A DNA stretch of 64,000 nt from an uncultured candidatus Brocadiaceae bacterium (GTDB lineage: Bacteria; Planctomycetota; Brocadiia; SM23-32): positions 22,985 to 86,984 of the forward strand of contig CAZEAP010000011.1 of NCBI GenBank assembly GCA_964510315.1. The letters are read 5' to 3'. Positions 10,967 through 21,009 of this stretch are shown in pieces. Position numbers and translations under genes: made by a program. How positions within the stretch are numbered: the first letter of the stretch is position 1; each line of letters begins with the position of its first letter. Below the pieces are notes generated by a model. That model was not told where the DNA came from and searched no databases. It worked only from the letters and a program-made list of their open reading frames with translations.

Positions 10967-13597
10967 ATGCAGCTTGATCGCTTCACAGTAAAGGTCCGCG
11001 AGGCGCTGGAAGCCGCCCAGACCACCGCGCGCGGGCGGAATCACCAGCAGTTGGGAACGCTGCACCTGCTGCAGTCCATGCTCAATCAATCGGGGGGTGT
11101 GGCACGTCCCCTGCTGCAGCGCCTGGGGGCTAATCTGGAAGCCGTGACCCGTTCCGTCCAGGAGGAGCTGGAGAAACTGCCGCAGGTGGAGGGCGGCGCG
11201 GGACAGGTCTACCTCGGAGAGGACCTCAGGGAAGCCCTGGAGGAGGCCGAAAGTCAGGCCGCCGCCCTGAGGGACGACTACGTCAGCACCGAACACCTGC
11301 TGCTGGCGTTCCTGGAGAACCCGCAGTCGCCCGCCGGCAGGATTCTCCAGGAGCAGGGCGTCAGCCGCGAAGGACTGCTGGTCGCCCTCGAACAGGTCCG
11401 CGGCGGGCAGCGGGTCACCGATGAAAGTCCCGAGGACAAATACCAGGCCCTCGAACGCTACGCCCGCGACCTGGTCGAGATGGCCCGCCGCGACAAACTG
11501 GATCCCGTCATCGGGCGCGACCAGGAAATCCGCAAAGTCGTCCAGGTGCTGGGCCGCCGGACCAAGAACAACCCCGTCCTCACAGGAGACGCCGGCGTGG
11601 GCAAAACCGCCATCGTCGAGGGCCTCGCCCAGCGCATCCTCAACGGTGACGTGCCGGAGACGCTGAAAAACCGGCGAGTGCTCGCCCTCGACATGGGCGC
11701 TCTGGTGGCCGGCACCAAGTACCGCGGCGAATTCGAAGACCGCCTCAAAGCGGTGCTCCGGGAGATAGAATCCTCCGGCGACGTGATCCTGTTCATCGAC
11801 GAGCTGCACACCGTGGTCGGCGCCGGGGCGGCCGAGGGTGCGGTGGACGCCTCCAACCTCCTGAAACCCGCCCTGGCCCGCGGCGAACTCCACTGTGTCG
11901 GGGCGACCACGGTGGAGGAATACCGCAAGTACATCGAAAACGACGCGGCTCTGGAGCGACGGTTCCAGCCGGTCAAGGTCGAGGAGCCCAGCGTCGAGGA
12001 AACCGTCGCCATTCTGCGCGGGCTGAAGGAGCGCTACCAGGTGCATCACGGCGTGCGCATCACCGACAGCGCCCTTCTCGCCGCCGCCCGGCTGAGCGAC
12101 CGCTACATTACCGACCGCTTTCTGCCGGACAAAGCCATCGATCTCATGGACGAGGCCGCCTCCCGGCTGCGGATGGAAATCGACAGTGTCCCCACCGAAC
12201 TGGACCGCGTCCAGCGACGTATCACCCAACTGCAAATCGAGCTGGAGGGTCTTAAGAACGAGGAGGGAGACCAGGCACAGCAGCAGACGGAACGGGTGAA
12301 GAGCCTGCTGGCCGAAGCGGAGGAAGAGGAGAAGGCCCTCCGGGCGCAGTGGGAAACGGAGAAGGAACTGATCGGCCGCATCCGCGAGCTGAACGAACAA
12401 CTGGAAAAGGCTCATCTCCGGCAGCAGGCGGCCGAACGCGAGGGTGAACTCCAGAAAGTGAGCGAAATACGCTACGCCGAGATCCCCGAACTGGAGAGCG
12501 AGCTGGAACAGCAGCAGGAGAAACTGGAGGAAGTCCAGAGCGAACAGCAGCTCCTGAAAGAAGAGGTCGACAGCGAGGACATCGCCGAGATCGTCTCCCA
12601 CTGGACCGGCATCCCCGTTCAGAAGATGCTGGAGACCGAGCGGGAGAAGCTCCTCCACATGGAGGAGGAACTGGAGAAGCGCGTGGTCGGCCAGGAGGAG
12701 GCCATCCGGGCCGTGTCGCACACGGTCAGGCGGGCACGCGCAGGCCTGCAGGACCCCACCCGCCCGCTGGGCTCATTTATCTTCCTCGGCCCGACCGGTG
12801 TGGGGAAGACCGAGTTGTGCAAAGCGCTGGCCGAGTTCCTGTTCGACGACGAGGACGCACTGGTCCGGCTGGACATGAGCGAGTTCATGGAGCAGCACTC
12901 GGTGGCCCGACTAATAGGTGCTCCGCCCGGCTACGTAGGCTATGAGGAGGGAGGTCGGCTCACCGAGGCTGTCCGCCGCCGGCCCTACAGCGTCGTTCTG
13001 TTCGACGAGATAGAGAAGGCCCACCGAGATGTCTTCAACGCGCTTCTGCAGGTGCTGGACGACGGCCGCCTGACCGACGGCAAGGGCCGCACGGTGGACT
13101 TTAAGAACACCATCATCGTGATGACCTCCAACGTCGGCAGCGAATGTATCCACGAGCTGATGGGCGAGGCCGAACGCAGCGAGGTCCGCGGCCGTGTCAT
13201 GCAGGCGCTCCGTGAGCAGTTCCGTCCGGAGTTCCTCAACCGCATCGACGAGATCATCATCTTCAACGGCCTCTCCGAGGAACTGATGGAACGGATCACC
13301 GAGATCCAGATCGACCGCCTGCGCGAGCGCCTGGAGGAGAAGGACATCTCACTGGAAGTCACGCCGGCCGCCGTCGGACTGCTGGCCGGCGTTGGCTACG
13401 ATCCCGCGTACGGGGCCCGTCCCCTCCAACGCACCATACAGCGCATGGTGGACAATCCATTGGCCGAGAAGATGCTGGAGGGAGAGTTTCCGGAAGGCTG
13501 CACCGTCGTCGCCGACGCACTGGACGAAGAGATCATCCTGACCCGAAGGGATGAGGCCGAACTCCCGGCGGAACCGGCCGGCGGGGAGCAGCCATGA
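10967..13597 (+). CDS. clpB: ClpB disaggregase (two AAA+ modules plus a coiled-coil middle domain)
   Basis: The Clp N-domain, Walker A motifs ([13 protein letters not shown] and [15 protein letters not shown]) and a long coiled-coil middle domain are present. The ATG at 10967 has ggagg 11 nt upstream. The track's 10958 start is a TTG. Confidence 0.95.
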   Translation: MQLDRFTVKVREALEAAQTTARGRNHQQLGTLHLLQSMLNQSGGVARPLLQRLGANLEAVTRSVQEELEKLPQVEGGAGQVYLGEDLREALEEAESQAAALRDDYVSTEHLLLAFLENPQSPAGRILQEQGVSREGLLVALEQVRGGQRVTDESPEDKYQALERYARDLVEMARRDKLDPVIGRDQEIRKVVQVLGRRTKNNPVLTGDAGVGKTAIVEGLAQRILNGDVPETLKNRRVLALDMGALVAGTKYRGEFEDRLKAVLREIESSGDVILFIDELHTVVGAGAAEGAVDASNLLKPALARGELHCVGATTVEEYRKYIENDAALERRFQPVKVEEPSVEETVAILRGLKERYQVHHGVRITDSALLAAARLSDRYITDRFLPDKAIDLMDEAASRLRMEIDSVPTELDRVQRRITQLQIELEGLKNEEGDQAQQQTERVKSLLAEAEEEEKALRAQWETEKELIGRIRELNEQLEKAHLRQQAAEREGELQKVSEIRYAEIPELESELEQQQEKLEEVQSEQQLLKEEVDSEDIAEIVSHWTGIPVQKMLETEREKLLHMEEELEKRVVGQEEAIRAVSHTVRRARAGLQDPTRPLGSFIFLGPTGVGKTELCKALAEFLFDDEDALVRLDMSEFMEQHSVARLIGAPPGYVGYEEGGRLTEAVRRRPYSVVLFDEIEKAHRDVFNALLQVLDDGRLTDGKGRTVDFKNTIIVMTSNVGSECIHELMGEAERSEVRGRVMQALREQFRPEFLNRIDEIIIFNGLSEELMERITEIQIDRLRERLEEKDISLEVTPAAVGLLAGVGYDPAYGARPLQRTIQRMVDNPLAEKMLEGEFPEGCTVVADALDEEIILTRRDEAELPAEPAGGEQP

Positions 13598-14391
13598 AGC
13601 CGGTGCTCAGGGCGGCCGCCCTCCAGATGTGCACCTCTGATGACATCGCGCGCAACGCCGACCGTATCTGCTCCGCGATCGAGGAGGCCCGAGATGGGGG
13701 CGCCGATCTTCTGGTAACCCCCGAGTGTGCGCTCAGCGGCTACCCGCCGCCGGCCGACCTGGACTTCGACGCGCTGGTCGAGGCCGAAGCCCGCCTGGCG
13801 GAAAGCGCCAGCGCGGCCGGCCTGTGGCTGGCCTTCGGCACCACGCGCCGCCGGAGCGAACGTTGGCTCAACTCCGCGGTCCTCCTCTCCCCCGCCGGAG
13901 AAGGGCTGGCCGAATACGGGAAAACGCACCTCTTCGGCGACGACACCGAGCACTTCCACGCGGGCGAGCGGCTGCCCGTCTTTCCTTGCGGAGAGTGGAC
14001 GGTCGGCCTGCAGATATGCTTCGACATGCGCTTCCCGGAGAACTGGCGTATTCTGCGCCTGAAGGGCGCCGAGCTGGTCCTCCACCTCAGCAACGCCTCG
14101 CGCAGCGCCGCCTGGAAGGTTCCGGTGCTGGAAGGGGCGGTGCGCAGTCGTGCGGCCGAGAACGGTATGTTCGTGGTCAGCGCCAATGACGCCCGGCCGC
14201 CGCAGATGATGGTCAGCTCCATTTGCGGCCCGGACGGGAGGGACCTGGCCCGGGCTGCGGAGAACGAGGAGACGCTCATCTTCGCGGAACTGGACCGCTC
14301 GGCGGTTAAAGACGAGTTCCTGCGCCTCCGGCGCACCGACCTGTGGAACCGCCCGGAGAACCGCTCTCTCCTCTTGGGCGGGGACGAATAG
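13594..14391 (+). CDS. Carbon-nitrogen hydrolase (nitrilase/amidase superfamily)
   Basis: 265 aa. Catalytic-triad context: E in [12 protein letters not shown] in [10 protein letters not shown] in [12 protein letters not shown]. Start overlaps the clpB stop (ATGA). Confidence 0.8.
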   Translation: MKPVLRAAALQMCTSDDIARNADRICSAIEEARDGGADLLVTPECALSGYPPPADLDFDALVEAEARLAESASAAGLWLAFGTTRRRSERWLNSAVLLSPAGEGLAEYGKTHLFGDDTEHFHAGERLPVFPCGEWTVGLQICFDMRFPENWRILRLKGAELVLHLSNASRSAAWKVPVLEGAVRSRAAENGMFVVSANDARPPQMMVSSICGPDGRDLARAAENEETLIFAELDRSAVKDEFLRLRRTDLWNRPENRSLLLGGDE

Positions 14392-14392
14392 A

Positions 14393-14431
14393 CTTCCCCG
14401 GACCTGGCCCGCGGCCGGCGGCCCCGGGAAG
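14393..14431. terminator. GC-rich stem-loop between the convergent hydrolase and trxB genes (candidate bidirectional terminator; no U-tract)
   Basis: cttccccgg (14393-14401) pairs with ccgggaag (14424-14431) with one bulge; the 22-nt loop is GC-rich. Only 45 nt separate the convergent stops. Confidence 0.3.
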
Positions 14432-14436
14432 GACGT

Positions 14437-15363
14437 TCAGGCGCGGAGGTCCTTTATGCGCTCCTCGGCGTGCATGGCCGCGGTGATGCCGTCCCCCATG
14501 GCCGTGCCCAACTGCTGGTAGGAGCCCTTTCGGACGTCACCCGCCGCGTAGAGCCCCTTCACCTCTGTCTCCATGTTGTAGTCCACGGGGATCAGGCCAC
14601 CGGCGAATTCCGGCAGGACCGAGCGGAGGAACTCCGTGTTCGGCTCCTGCCCGATGAAAACAAACACGCCGTCGCAGTCGATTCGGCGGCTCTGGCCGGT
14701 CTTCACGTTCCTCGCCTCAATACCTTCCACCTCGGCTTCGCCGAGGATCTCAGTGACAACGGTATCGAGCACGAATTCTATCTTCTCGTGCTCCCGGGCC
14801 TCTTCGACGTGGCTGGCTCGGGCGCGGAAGCCCTGCCGCCGGTGGACCAATTTGATGTCCGAAGCGAAGCGAGTGAGGAACATCGCCTCGGTGGTGGCGG
14901 CGTCGCCGCCCCCCACGACGACCAGTCGCTGGTCCCGGAAGAAGGCCCCGTCACAGGTGGCGCAGTAACTCACCCCCTTGCCGGCCAGGCGGCTCTCTCC
15001 GGGCACGCCAAGCTTGCGGTGGCTGGCTCCGGAGGCGATGATCACGATGGGAGCCAGGTATTCCCCGTCGTCAGTTGTGACCCGCTTGATGGGGCCGTCG
15101 AGCCGGATGTCCTCGGCGCCCGCCTGTTCGAGCCGGACGTCGAACTTCCGGGCGTGATCCAACATCCGCTGGGCCAGTTCACCGCCGCTGATACCCTCGG
15201 GGAAACCAGGGTAGTTGTCCACCTCGTAGGCTTCCAGTATCTGGCCCCCGACCACCGTCTTCTCCAGAAGCACGGTGTCCATCAGGGCCCTTCCGGTGTA
15301 GAGTGCGGCGGCGAGTCCACCCGGTCCGGCGCCGACCACGACTACGTCGCATTCCTCGGGCAT
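14437..15363 (-). CDS. trxB: Thioredoxin-disulfide reductase
   Basis: VVVGAGPGGLAAALY FAD motif, redox-active CATCDG, second GGGDAA dinucleotide motif. SD gaggaag lies upstream of the ATG. Confidence 0.9.
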   Translation of the reverse strand: MPEECDVVVVGAGPGGLAAALYTGRALMDTVLLEKTVVGGQILEAYEVDNYPGFPEGISGGELAQRMLDHARKFDVRLEQAGAEDIRLDGPIKRVTTDDGEYLAPIVIIASGASHRKLGVPGESRLAGKGVSYCATCDGAFFRDQRLVVVGGGDAATTEAMFLTRFASDIKLVHRRQGFRARASHVEEAREHEKIEFVLDTVVTEILGEAEVEGIEARNVKTGQSRRIDCDGVFVFIGQEPNTEFLRSVLPEFAGGLIPVDYNMETEVKGLYAAGDVRKGSYQQLGTAMGDGITAAMHAEERIKDLRA

Positions 15364-15375
15364 GGCAGATCTTCC

Positions 15376-15786
15376 TCACAGCAGTTCTTCGATTCGCGCC
15401 TGGAGCGCTTCCATCTGTCCCTCTTCGTATTCGAGCTGTCGCCAGCCCAGTGAGAACCCGTCGTCGGGCTTTCGCGGTATCACGTGCACGTGAACGTGAC
15501 CGATGAGCTGGCCGGCCGCCTCCCCGGTGTTCTGCAGGATGTTGAAGGCGGGGCTGTCGGTGGCTTCGGTCACGGCGCCCGCCACCCTCTTGGCAATGAA
15601 GATCGTGGTGTGCAACTCGTCCTGCTGGAGGTCCAGAAAGCTCGCCACGTGGCGTTTCGGGACGACCAGGGCGTGCCCGGGATTGACCGGATGAATGTCC
15701 AGAAAGCTGACCACTTTGTCGGTCTCGATCAACTTCGCGGCCGGGACTTCTCCCTCGATTATCTTGCAGAATATGCAATCCGGCAT
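15376..15786 (-). CDS. HIT-family (histidine triad) nucleotide hydrolase
   Basis: MPDCIFCKII...HALVVPKRH...GQLIGHVHVHVIPR histidine triad. The ATG at 15786 was chosen over the longer upstream-extended ORF in the track. Confidence 0.85.
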   Translation of the reverse strand: MPDCIFCKIIEGEVPAAKLIETDKVVSFLDIHPVNPGHALVVPKRHVASFLDLQQDELHTTIFIAKRVAGAVTEATDSPAFNILQNTGEAAGQLIGHVHVHVIPRKPDDGFSLGWRQLEYEEGQMEALQARIEELL

Positions 15787-15856
15787 CTTTCCGCCTCCCA
15801 TGATGAAGACTCGCTCTGCCGGTTCGTACCCGGCGCGTAGCCGCCTCCGGCAACAC

Positions 15857-16750
15857 TCAGTCCCCGGACCCGCCCTGCGGTCTTCGGCCGGCCCGGGGAC
15901 CCTGCGCACCGAACCTGTCCACCTTTCTGTCGTTCGCGTCCGGCTGAAAGACGAACTTCCCCTTCGGTATTTCCTCGTTCAGGACCACGTCCTCTATCCG
16001 GAGGTTGATCCCGGCCTCGACCACCTTGATCTCGCCCGCACGGGCGGGCCGCCTCAGGGTCTTCTCTATCATCTCCCTCATCAGGGCGCGCGTGTCCAAG
16101 CTCACCTCCCGCACCAGCCCGTCGGAGTCACTGACCCAGGCGCTGAACGGCACGGGCCGGGTTACCGGAAGAGGCAGGAAGTCGGGCCGCATGGCGCCCC
16201 GAATAAGCTTGCCGGAGACGCCGTCCCGCTCCTCGGGCTCAACCGAATTCAGCACGGCGTGCGAGAGGACTTCTTCAACCCCGGCCTCCGCCACCACCAT
16301 TGCGGCGGGATGGGCTACCTGGGAGCGTGCCAGAACGGTGTCGGTGCTGTCCATTTCCCATCGGATGTACTGGTTCAATCGCGGGTAGTCCGCCCAGATG
16401 TGCCGGCCGTCACAGCGCAGGTCGATTCCCTCGTCCACGAGAACGGCGTAGCGGTTCGGGTTCGCGGCCAGCAGCCGTCCGGTGTGCTTGTCCCTCTTGT
16501 CGCGGAGGGGCTTCCCGGACTCGTCGGTGGCCAGGAACCTCCTGGTCAGGGTGAAGCGGTCCCGGTAGGTTGTAAGTTCCGTATAGTTCCGCAGGACGCT
16601 CCGGGCGAAGGCCTCCGCCGCCTCAGCGCCGCCGACCCCTCCGGGCTCGTCGGTCTCCTCCGCGCGGCAGATCGAGGCGAGGCAGACCCCCAGAACCGCC
16701 CCAAGTATAATCAACATCAGGCTTTGTGGCAGTCGCCTCTCGTTCCGCAC
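15857..16750 (-). CDS. Secreted hypothetical protein, LolA/RseB-like (tentative)
   Basis: N-terminal signal peptide (MRNERRLPQSLMLIILGAVLGVCLASIC). The length and beta-rich composition are consistent with a LolA-like fold. The fold assignment is tentative. Confidence 0.5.
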   Translation of the reverse strand: MRNERRLPQSLMLIILGAVLGVCLASICRAEETDEPGGVGGAEAAEAFARSVLRNYTELTTYRDRFTLTRRFLATDESGKPLRDKRDKHTGRLLAANPNRYAVLVDEGIDLRCDGRHIWADYPRLNQYIRWEMDSTDTVLARSQVAHPAAMVVAEAGVEEVLSHAVLNSVEPEERDGVSGKLIRGAMRPDFLPLPVTRPVPFSAWVSDSDGLVREVSLDTRALMREMIEKTLRRPARAGEIKVVEAGINLRIEDVVLNEEIPKGKFVFQPDANDRKVDRFGAQGPRAGRRPQGGSGD

Positions 16751-16801
16751 GGCATTGCTCCACTATGAGTACCGCGCTCGCAGGGCCTGTGCGTCAGCCG
16801 A

Positions 16802-18997
16802 TCACTCGGGGGAGGTCCGCCGCGGCTCAGCGAGTCGCTCGGCGGCGGCTTCCTCCGACCGCGGCCCCGCGCCGGAAGCCCGCCATCCGGCAAAAGCTTT
16901 CATCGCGGCGGCGACGCCGAACGCCACCAGCACCAGCAGCAGAACGACCAGAAGCCAGCGGCGTCGAGGGGTGCCCGTGGCCCCCGCCGGATACGGCTGG
17001 CCGCGGGTGAACTGCTTTCGCTGCCGTCGGTTCAGCCGCATGCGGGCGTTGATGGCCCAGCCGCATCCTTCCAAAATAGCGCTCAGATCGCGGCGGCGCA
17101 ACTTTATGCCCGCGATCACCGCGGTGGGCACCAGAACGGCCGCCGCGGCCAGGAGGACCGCCGTCAGTATCTGCCAGGCGGCCAATCCGGCGAGGGTCTT
17201 GGTGATGAATGCAAAGGCGGAGCTGAGCGCGGCAATCGAGAAGCTGGCGCCCACCAGGATGTCCCTCCGCGAGGCCGAACTGGACCGCGCAGGTTCCGGC
17301 GAGGTCTCACGGGGTTCCGCCGTCGTCTCGCCGATCTCCGACGGAATTTCGGCCACCCGGCTGACCAGCGTCTTCTCGGCGCTGGTGGACATGGCCTCTA
17401 TCTTGCCGACGATGAAGCGGCCCAGGCGTACGAAAGGCGACAGAAGGGCCTCCTTGAAGCTGATGGGGTTCTCGATGATCTCCACAACCCGTGCGTCGTA
17501 GTGACGGCCGTCGGTGTCGTAGAACACCCCCCGCTTGCCGGCGCACAGGTTGCCCGCCGTTCCCGAAGTGGCCGGCACGGCAACGAGCAGGGGCTCCGGC
17601 CGGTCGGGTCGGGTCAGCTCCACGTACATCACGTAGATCCGGCTGGTGCGCGCGACACGAGCGTGCTCGCCGCGGTCCTCCACCCTGACGGCAAAGTTGA
17701 ACCAACGCCCGTCGATGACCAGCGAACCCATCTCGAACATCGCCCGCCGCTCCGGGTCGTAGAGGTCCGGAAAGCTGACGAAATTGTTGACCAGCGGCAG
17801 GAGATACCGGTGGTAGAGCAGCAGCTTCCTCAAATCCCTGGCGGCGGACAACCACTCGGCCACCCGCTGGTCTTCCTCCAGCAGAGCGCGCACGCGTTCG
17901 GCGAAGTCGCCTTCCCCGTAGCGTCGCAGCTTCTCCCGCTGAAGCTCCGCCACGCCGCCGCCCCGCCGGGAATCCAGCCACTCCGCGTGGCCGCTGAAGA
18001 ACTCCTTGATCCGCGCCCAATCGGCAGGCGAGAGGGCCTCCTTCTCGCCGAGAACGGGCTCGACAACCTTGTTGCGGAACTGCTCGAGTTCCTCACGGTA
18101 GGCCGGGTTGACCTTTCCCTCCAGCGGGAGCAGCCGCCCGGGCGTAGGCTCCGCAAGCGGCGCCGCCCGCAGCGTCCGGTCCGCCTCCTCTGCCGGATCC
18201 TCCGTTTCCGGCAGGGAGGGCATGAACCGCGCCAGGCCGACGAAATCGGCCAGTCGGCAGCGGGCGAAGAAATCTTCCACTTTGTCCCGGACCGCGTGCA
18301 GCGCCCTGAAGGCCGCGGGCGTATCCTCGCCCAGCGGCATAATGTGCCCCCACTCCTCCGAGCCGGGGTCGGCCCGGCTCAGCCACTCCAGGTAAGCGGA
18401 CGCGCTCGCCAGAAACCGGTCCAGGTCCTCCCGGGTGATTCCCGCGCGGCCCGTTCGGTCCCGAGCGCCCTCGGTGCAGGAGAGCACGTCGGTAATGAAC
18501 TGCCGGAGGTCTTCCTCGGCGGCGGCGGAGGGTGGCACGACGCCGTCGCCGTTGATCGGCTGGGTGTCCAGACTGTGACTGAACTCCTCGACGTCACCGA
18601 ACTCCACGGAATCGGCGTCGCCCCGGTCGAGGAAGCCGAGGATGTACCGGGCGGTGTCCCTGAGTTCGCAAGCTTCGGGAAGCTGCGGGTTGAGCGCCTC
18701 CAGCGGAACCCTGTCCGAACCATCGGCCACGCGACCGGTATCCCCCAGTCGGTCAAGCAGCCAGACGATGGCCTCCCGTATCTCGTTGCAGCGGATACGC
18801 TGGTTGTCGTCGGTATCGACGAAGTCGAGGAACTCCGAATCGCAGTTCAAGGAGCTGATGGGCGCACTGGTGGCGATCCACAGGGCGTCGTCGAGTGCCG
18901 GCACCTGTCGGAGGTCTTCGGCCGTCCGGATGCGAAGCTGGTAGGTGCGCCCGAACTTCTCGAAGTGCAGCGGCGAGGTCTCCAGTTCGATCGTCAC
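16802..18997 (-). CDS. Hypothetical 731-aa protein: large acidic soluble domain plus a C-terminal cluster of 2-3 TM helices; last gene of the sugar ABC operon
   Basis: Long ORF with coding-like codon bias. A GTG at 18997 has ggagg 5 nt upstream and lies 10 nt after the ATPase stop. C-terminal hydrophobic segments LVGASFSIAALSSAFAFITKTLAGLAAWQILTAVLLAAAAVLVPTAVIAGI and WLLVVLLLVLVAFGVAAAM. No recognisable catalytic motifs. Confidence 0.6.
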   Translation of the reverse strand: MTIELETSPLHFEKFGRTYQLRIRTAEDLRQVPALDDALWIATSAPISSLNCDSEFLDFVDTDDNQRIRCNEIREAIVWLLDRLGDTGRVADGSDRVPLEALNPQLPEACELRDTARYILGFLDRGDADSVEFGDVEEFSHSLDTQPINGDGVVPPSAAAEEDLRQFITDVLSCTEGARDRTGRAGITREDLDRFLASASAYLEWLSRADPGSEEWGHIMPLGEDTPAAFRALHAVRDKVEDFFARCRLADFVGLARFMPSLPETEDPAEEADRTLRAAPLAEPTPGRLLPLEGKVNPAYREELEQFRNKVVEPVLGEKEALSPADWARIKEFFSGHAEWLDSRRGGGVAELQREKLRRYGEGDFAERVRALLEEDQRVAEWLSAARDLRKLLLYHRYLLPLVNNFVSFPDLYDPERRAMFEMGSLVIDGRWFNFAVRVEDRGEHARVARTSRIYVMYVELTRPDRPEPLLVAVPATSGTAGNLCAGKRGVFYDTDGRHYDARVVEIIENPISFKEALLSPFVRLGRFIVGKIEAMSTSAEKTLVSRVAEIPSEIGETTAEPRETSPEPARSSSASRRDILVGASFSIAALSSAFAFITKTLAGLAAWQILTAVLLAAAAVLVPTAVIAGIKLRRRDLSAILEGCGWAINARMRLNRRQRKQFTRGQPYPAGATGTPRRRWLLVVLLLVLVAFGVAAAMKAFAGWRASGAGPRSEEAAAERLAEPRRTSPE

Positions 18998-19019
18998 TGC
19001 GGCCTCCAACCGGCGTAGC

Positions 19020-20141
19020 TCAATCCATTGAGTAAGTCAGGCACTCCTGGCTCTCGGCGTCGAAGATCTGGGCTTTCTTCATGTCGAAAGCTACCCTGGC
19101 GTCCTCCCCCACCCGGGGGTTGCTCCGGGAGTCGAACTTGGCCACGATGTTCTCCCGGCCCTCGCCGGCCCCCAGATAAACCAGCGTCTCGGCCCCCAGC
19201 GGCTCAACCACCTCGACGGGGAGAATCTCCTGGTTCTCCTCATCCTGCGCCGTGAAGAACCGGCTGTCGTGAATGTCCTCCGGGCGTATCCCCATCTCCA
19301 CGGAGCGTCCCGCGTGACTCCGGACGACCTCGGCCATGGCTTCGGTCGGCAGAAGCGAAAACTGCGGTCCCTCGAAGCGCAACCGCCCGTCAACGGGCTC
19401 CAGTCGCCCGGATATGAAGTTCATCGGTGGGCTGCCGATGAAGCCCCCGACGAACCGGTTGGCCGGCCGGTTATACAGCTCAACGGGGGAAGCCACCTGC
19501 TGGATGTATCCACCTTTCATCACCGCCACCCTGGTGCCGAGGGTCATCGCCTCGACCTGATCGTGGGTGACGTAGATCATGGTGGCGCCGAGCCGTTCGT
19601 GAAGCCGCGCAATCTCGACCCGCATCTGCACGCGTAGTTTAGCGTCCAGGTTGCTGAGCGGCTCGTCGAAGAGGAAGACCTTCGGCTGGCGGACGATGGC
19701 CCGTCCGACGGCGACCCTCTGGGCCTGACCGCCGGAGAGTTCCCTGGGCCGCCGCTGGAGCAGCTCGGTGATCTCCAGCAGCTCGGCCGCCCGCTGCACC
19801 CGCTGCTCGATCTCCGCCCGTTGGTATTTGCGCAGCTTCAGGCCGAACGCCATGTTGTTATAGACGGTCATGTGGGGGTAGAGGGCGTAGTTCTGGAACA
19901 CCATGGCGATGTCCCGTTCCTTGGGCAGTACGTCGTTGACCAGTTCGCCGCCGATGTATATCCGGCCCTCGGTGATGTCCTCCAGCCCGGCCACCATGCG
20001 GAGGGTGGTGGACTTCCCGCAGCCGGAGGGGCCGACCAGCACCAGCAGGCTGCCGTCCTCCACCCGCAGGTCCACTTCGTTAACGGCCTCCACCCCGCCG
20101 GGGTAGACCTTCGAGACGTTCACGAACTTGACTTCGGCCAT
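19020..20141 (-). CDS. Sugar ABC transporter ATP-binding protein (CUT1 MalK/UgpC/MsmK-like, with C-terminal TOBE-like domain)
   Basis: Walker A GPSGCGKST, Q-loop, signature LSGGQAQRVAVGRA, Walker B LFDEPLSNLD, H-loop, plus a ~130-aa C-terminal regulatory domain. Confidence 0.9.
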   Translation of the reverse strand: MAEVKFVNVSKVYPGGVEAVNEVDLRVEDGSLLVLVGPSGCGKSTTLRMVAGLEDITEGRIYIGGELVNDVLPKERDIAMVFQNYALYPHMTVYNNMAFGLKLRKYQRAEIEQRVQRAAELLEITELLQRRPRELSGGQAQRVAVGRAIVRQPKVFLFDEPLSNLDAKLRVQMRVEIARLHERLGATMIYVTHDQVEAMTLGTRVAVMKGGYIQQVASPVELYNRPANRFVGGFIGSPPMNFISGRLEPVDGRLRFEGPQFSLLPTEAMAEVVRSHAGRSVEMGIRPEDIHDSRFFTAQDEENQEILPVEVVEPLGAETLVYLGAGEGRENIVAKFDSRSNPRVGEDARVAFDMKKAQIFDAESQECLTYSMD

Positions 20142-20178
20142 GTTGTTGTCGTCCTCCGGGCTCGCAGCGAACGGTTGA

Positions 20179-21009
20179 TCAGCCTTTGATCGCGCCCTCC
20201 GATATCCCGCGGATGAAAAAGCGCATGGTGAAGGCGAACAGGATGACCAGCGGAACGGCGGCGATGAAGTAGGCCGCCATCAGGGGGCCCCACTGCTTCA
20301 CGTAGGCGCCCTGCAGCCTGTAGAGTCCCACCGCGAGGGGCAGCATCTCCGGGTCGCGGATCGTGACCAGGGGAAGGATGAAGTTGTTCCACGCCGCCAC
20401 GAACCGCAGGATGGCCAGCGTGGAGATGATGCCCCCGGCCTGGGGTATGACCACGTGGATGATCTGCTGAAGGTGAGAGGCCCCGTCGATGCGGGCGCAC
20501 TCGAAGAATTCCTTCGGCATGTCCTCGATGAAGTTGCGCAGCACGTAAAGGCAGATAATCTGGCCCCCCGCCGCCCCCACTACCGCCAGCCCGACAAGCG
20601 AGTTCAGCAGGTTGAGCCGCTTCATCAGGGTGAAAAGGGGGATCAGGTTGGCCACGCCGGGCATCAGCATCAGCACCAGCACGAGCGACCAGATGACGTC
20701 GCCGAACGGCACTTTGAACCGGCCGAACACGTAAGCCGCCAGGATGGCAACCGCCAGGCTGATCAGCGTTGCCGTGACGGCCAGGAACACGGAGTTGGCA
20801 ATAAAGAGCCCAACGTTCTCCCAGCCGACGCGCCAATTCTCCCAGTGCAGTGGAAACGTAGGGACCCAGGGCTTGGTGTAGAACTGCTTGTTGGTCTTGA
20901 AGCTGATGACCAGCATCACGTAGAAGGGCAGGAAAGTCAGTGCGAGCATGGCCCACAGGTATCCGTGCTTCAGCCAGCGCGCGAGGGGGTTTTCGGAGAC
21001 CTTGCTCAT
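20179..21009 (-). CDS. Carbohydrate ABC transporter permease (MalG/UgpE-like)
   Basis: 276 aa, six hydrophobic helices, EAA-like loop (FFECARIDGASHLQQIIHVVIP). Confidence 0.85.
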   Translation of the reverse strand: MSKVSENPLARWLKHGYLWAMLALTFLPFYVMLVISFKTNKQFYTKPWVPTFPLHWENWRVGWENVGLFIANSVFLAVTATLISLAVAILAAYVFGRFKVPFGDVIWSLVLVLMLMPGVANLIPLFTLMKRLNLLNSLVGLAVVGAAGGQIICLYVLRNFIEDMPKEFFECARIDGASHLQQIIHVVIPQAGGIISTLAILRFVAAWNNFILPLVTIRDPEMLPLAVGLYRLQGAYVKQWGPLMAAYFIAAVPLVILFAFTMRFFIRGISEGAIKG

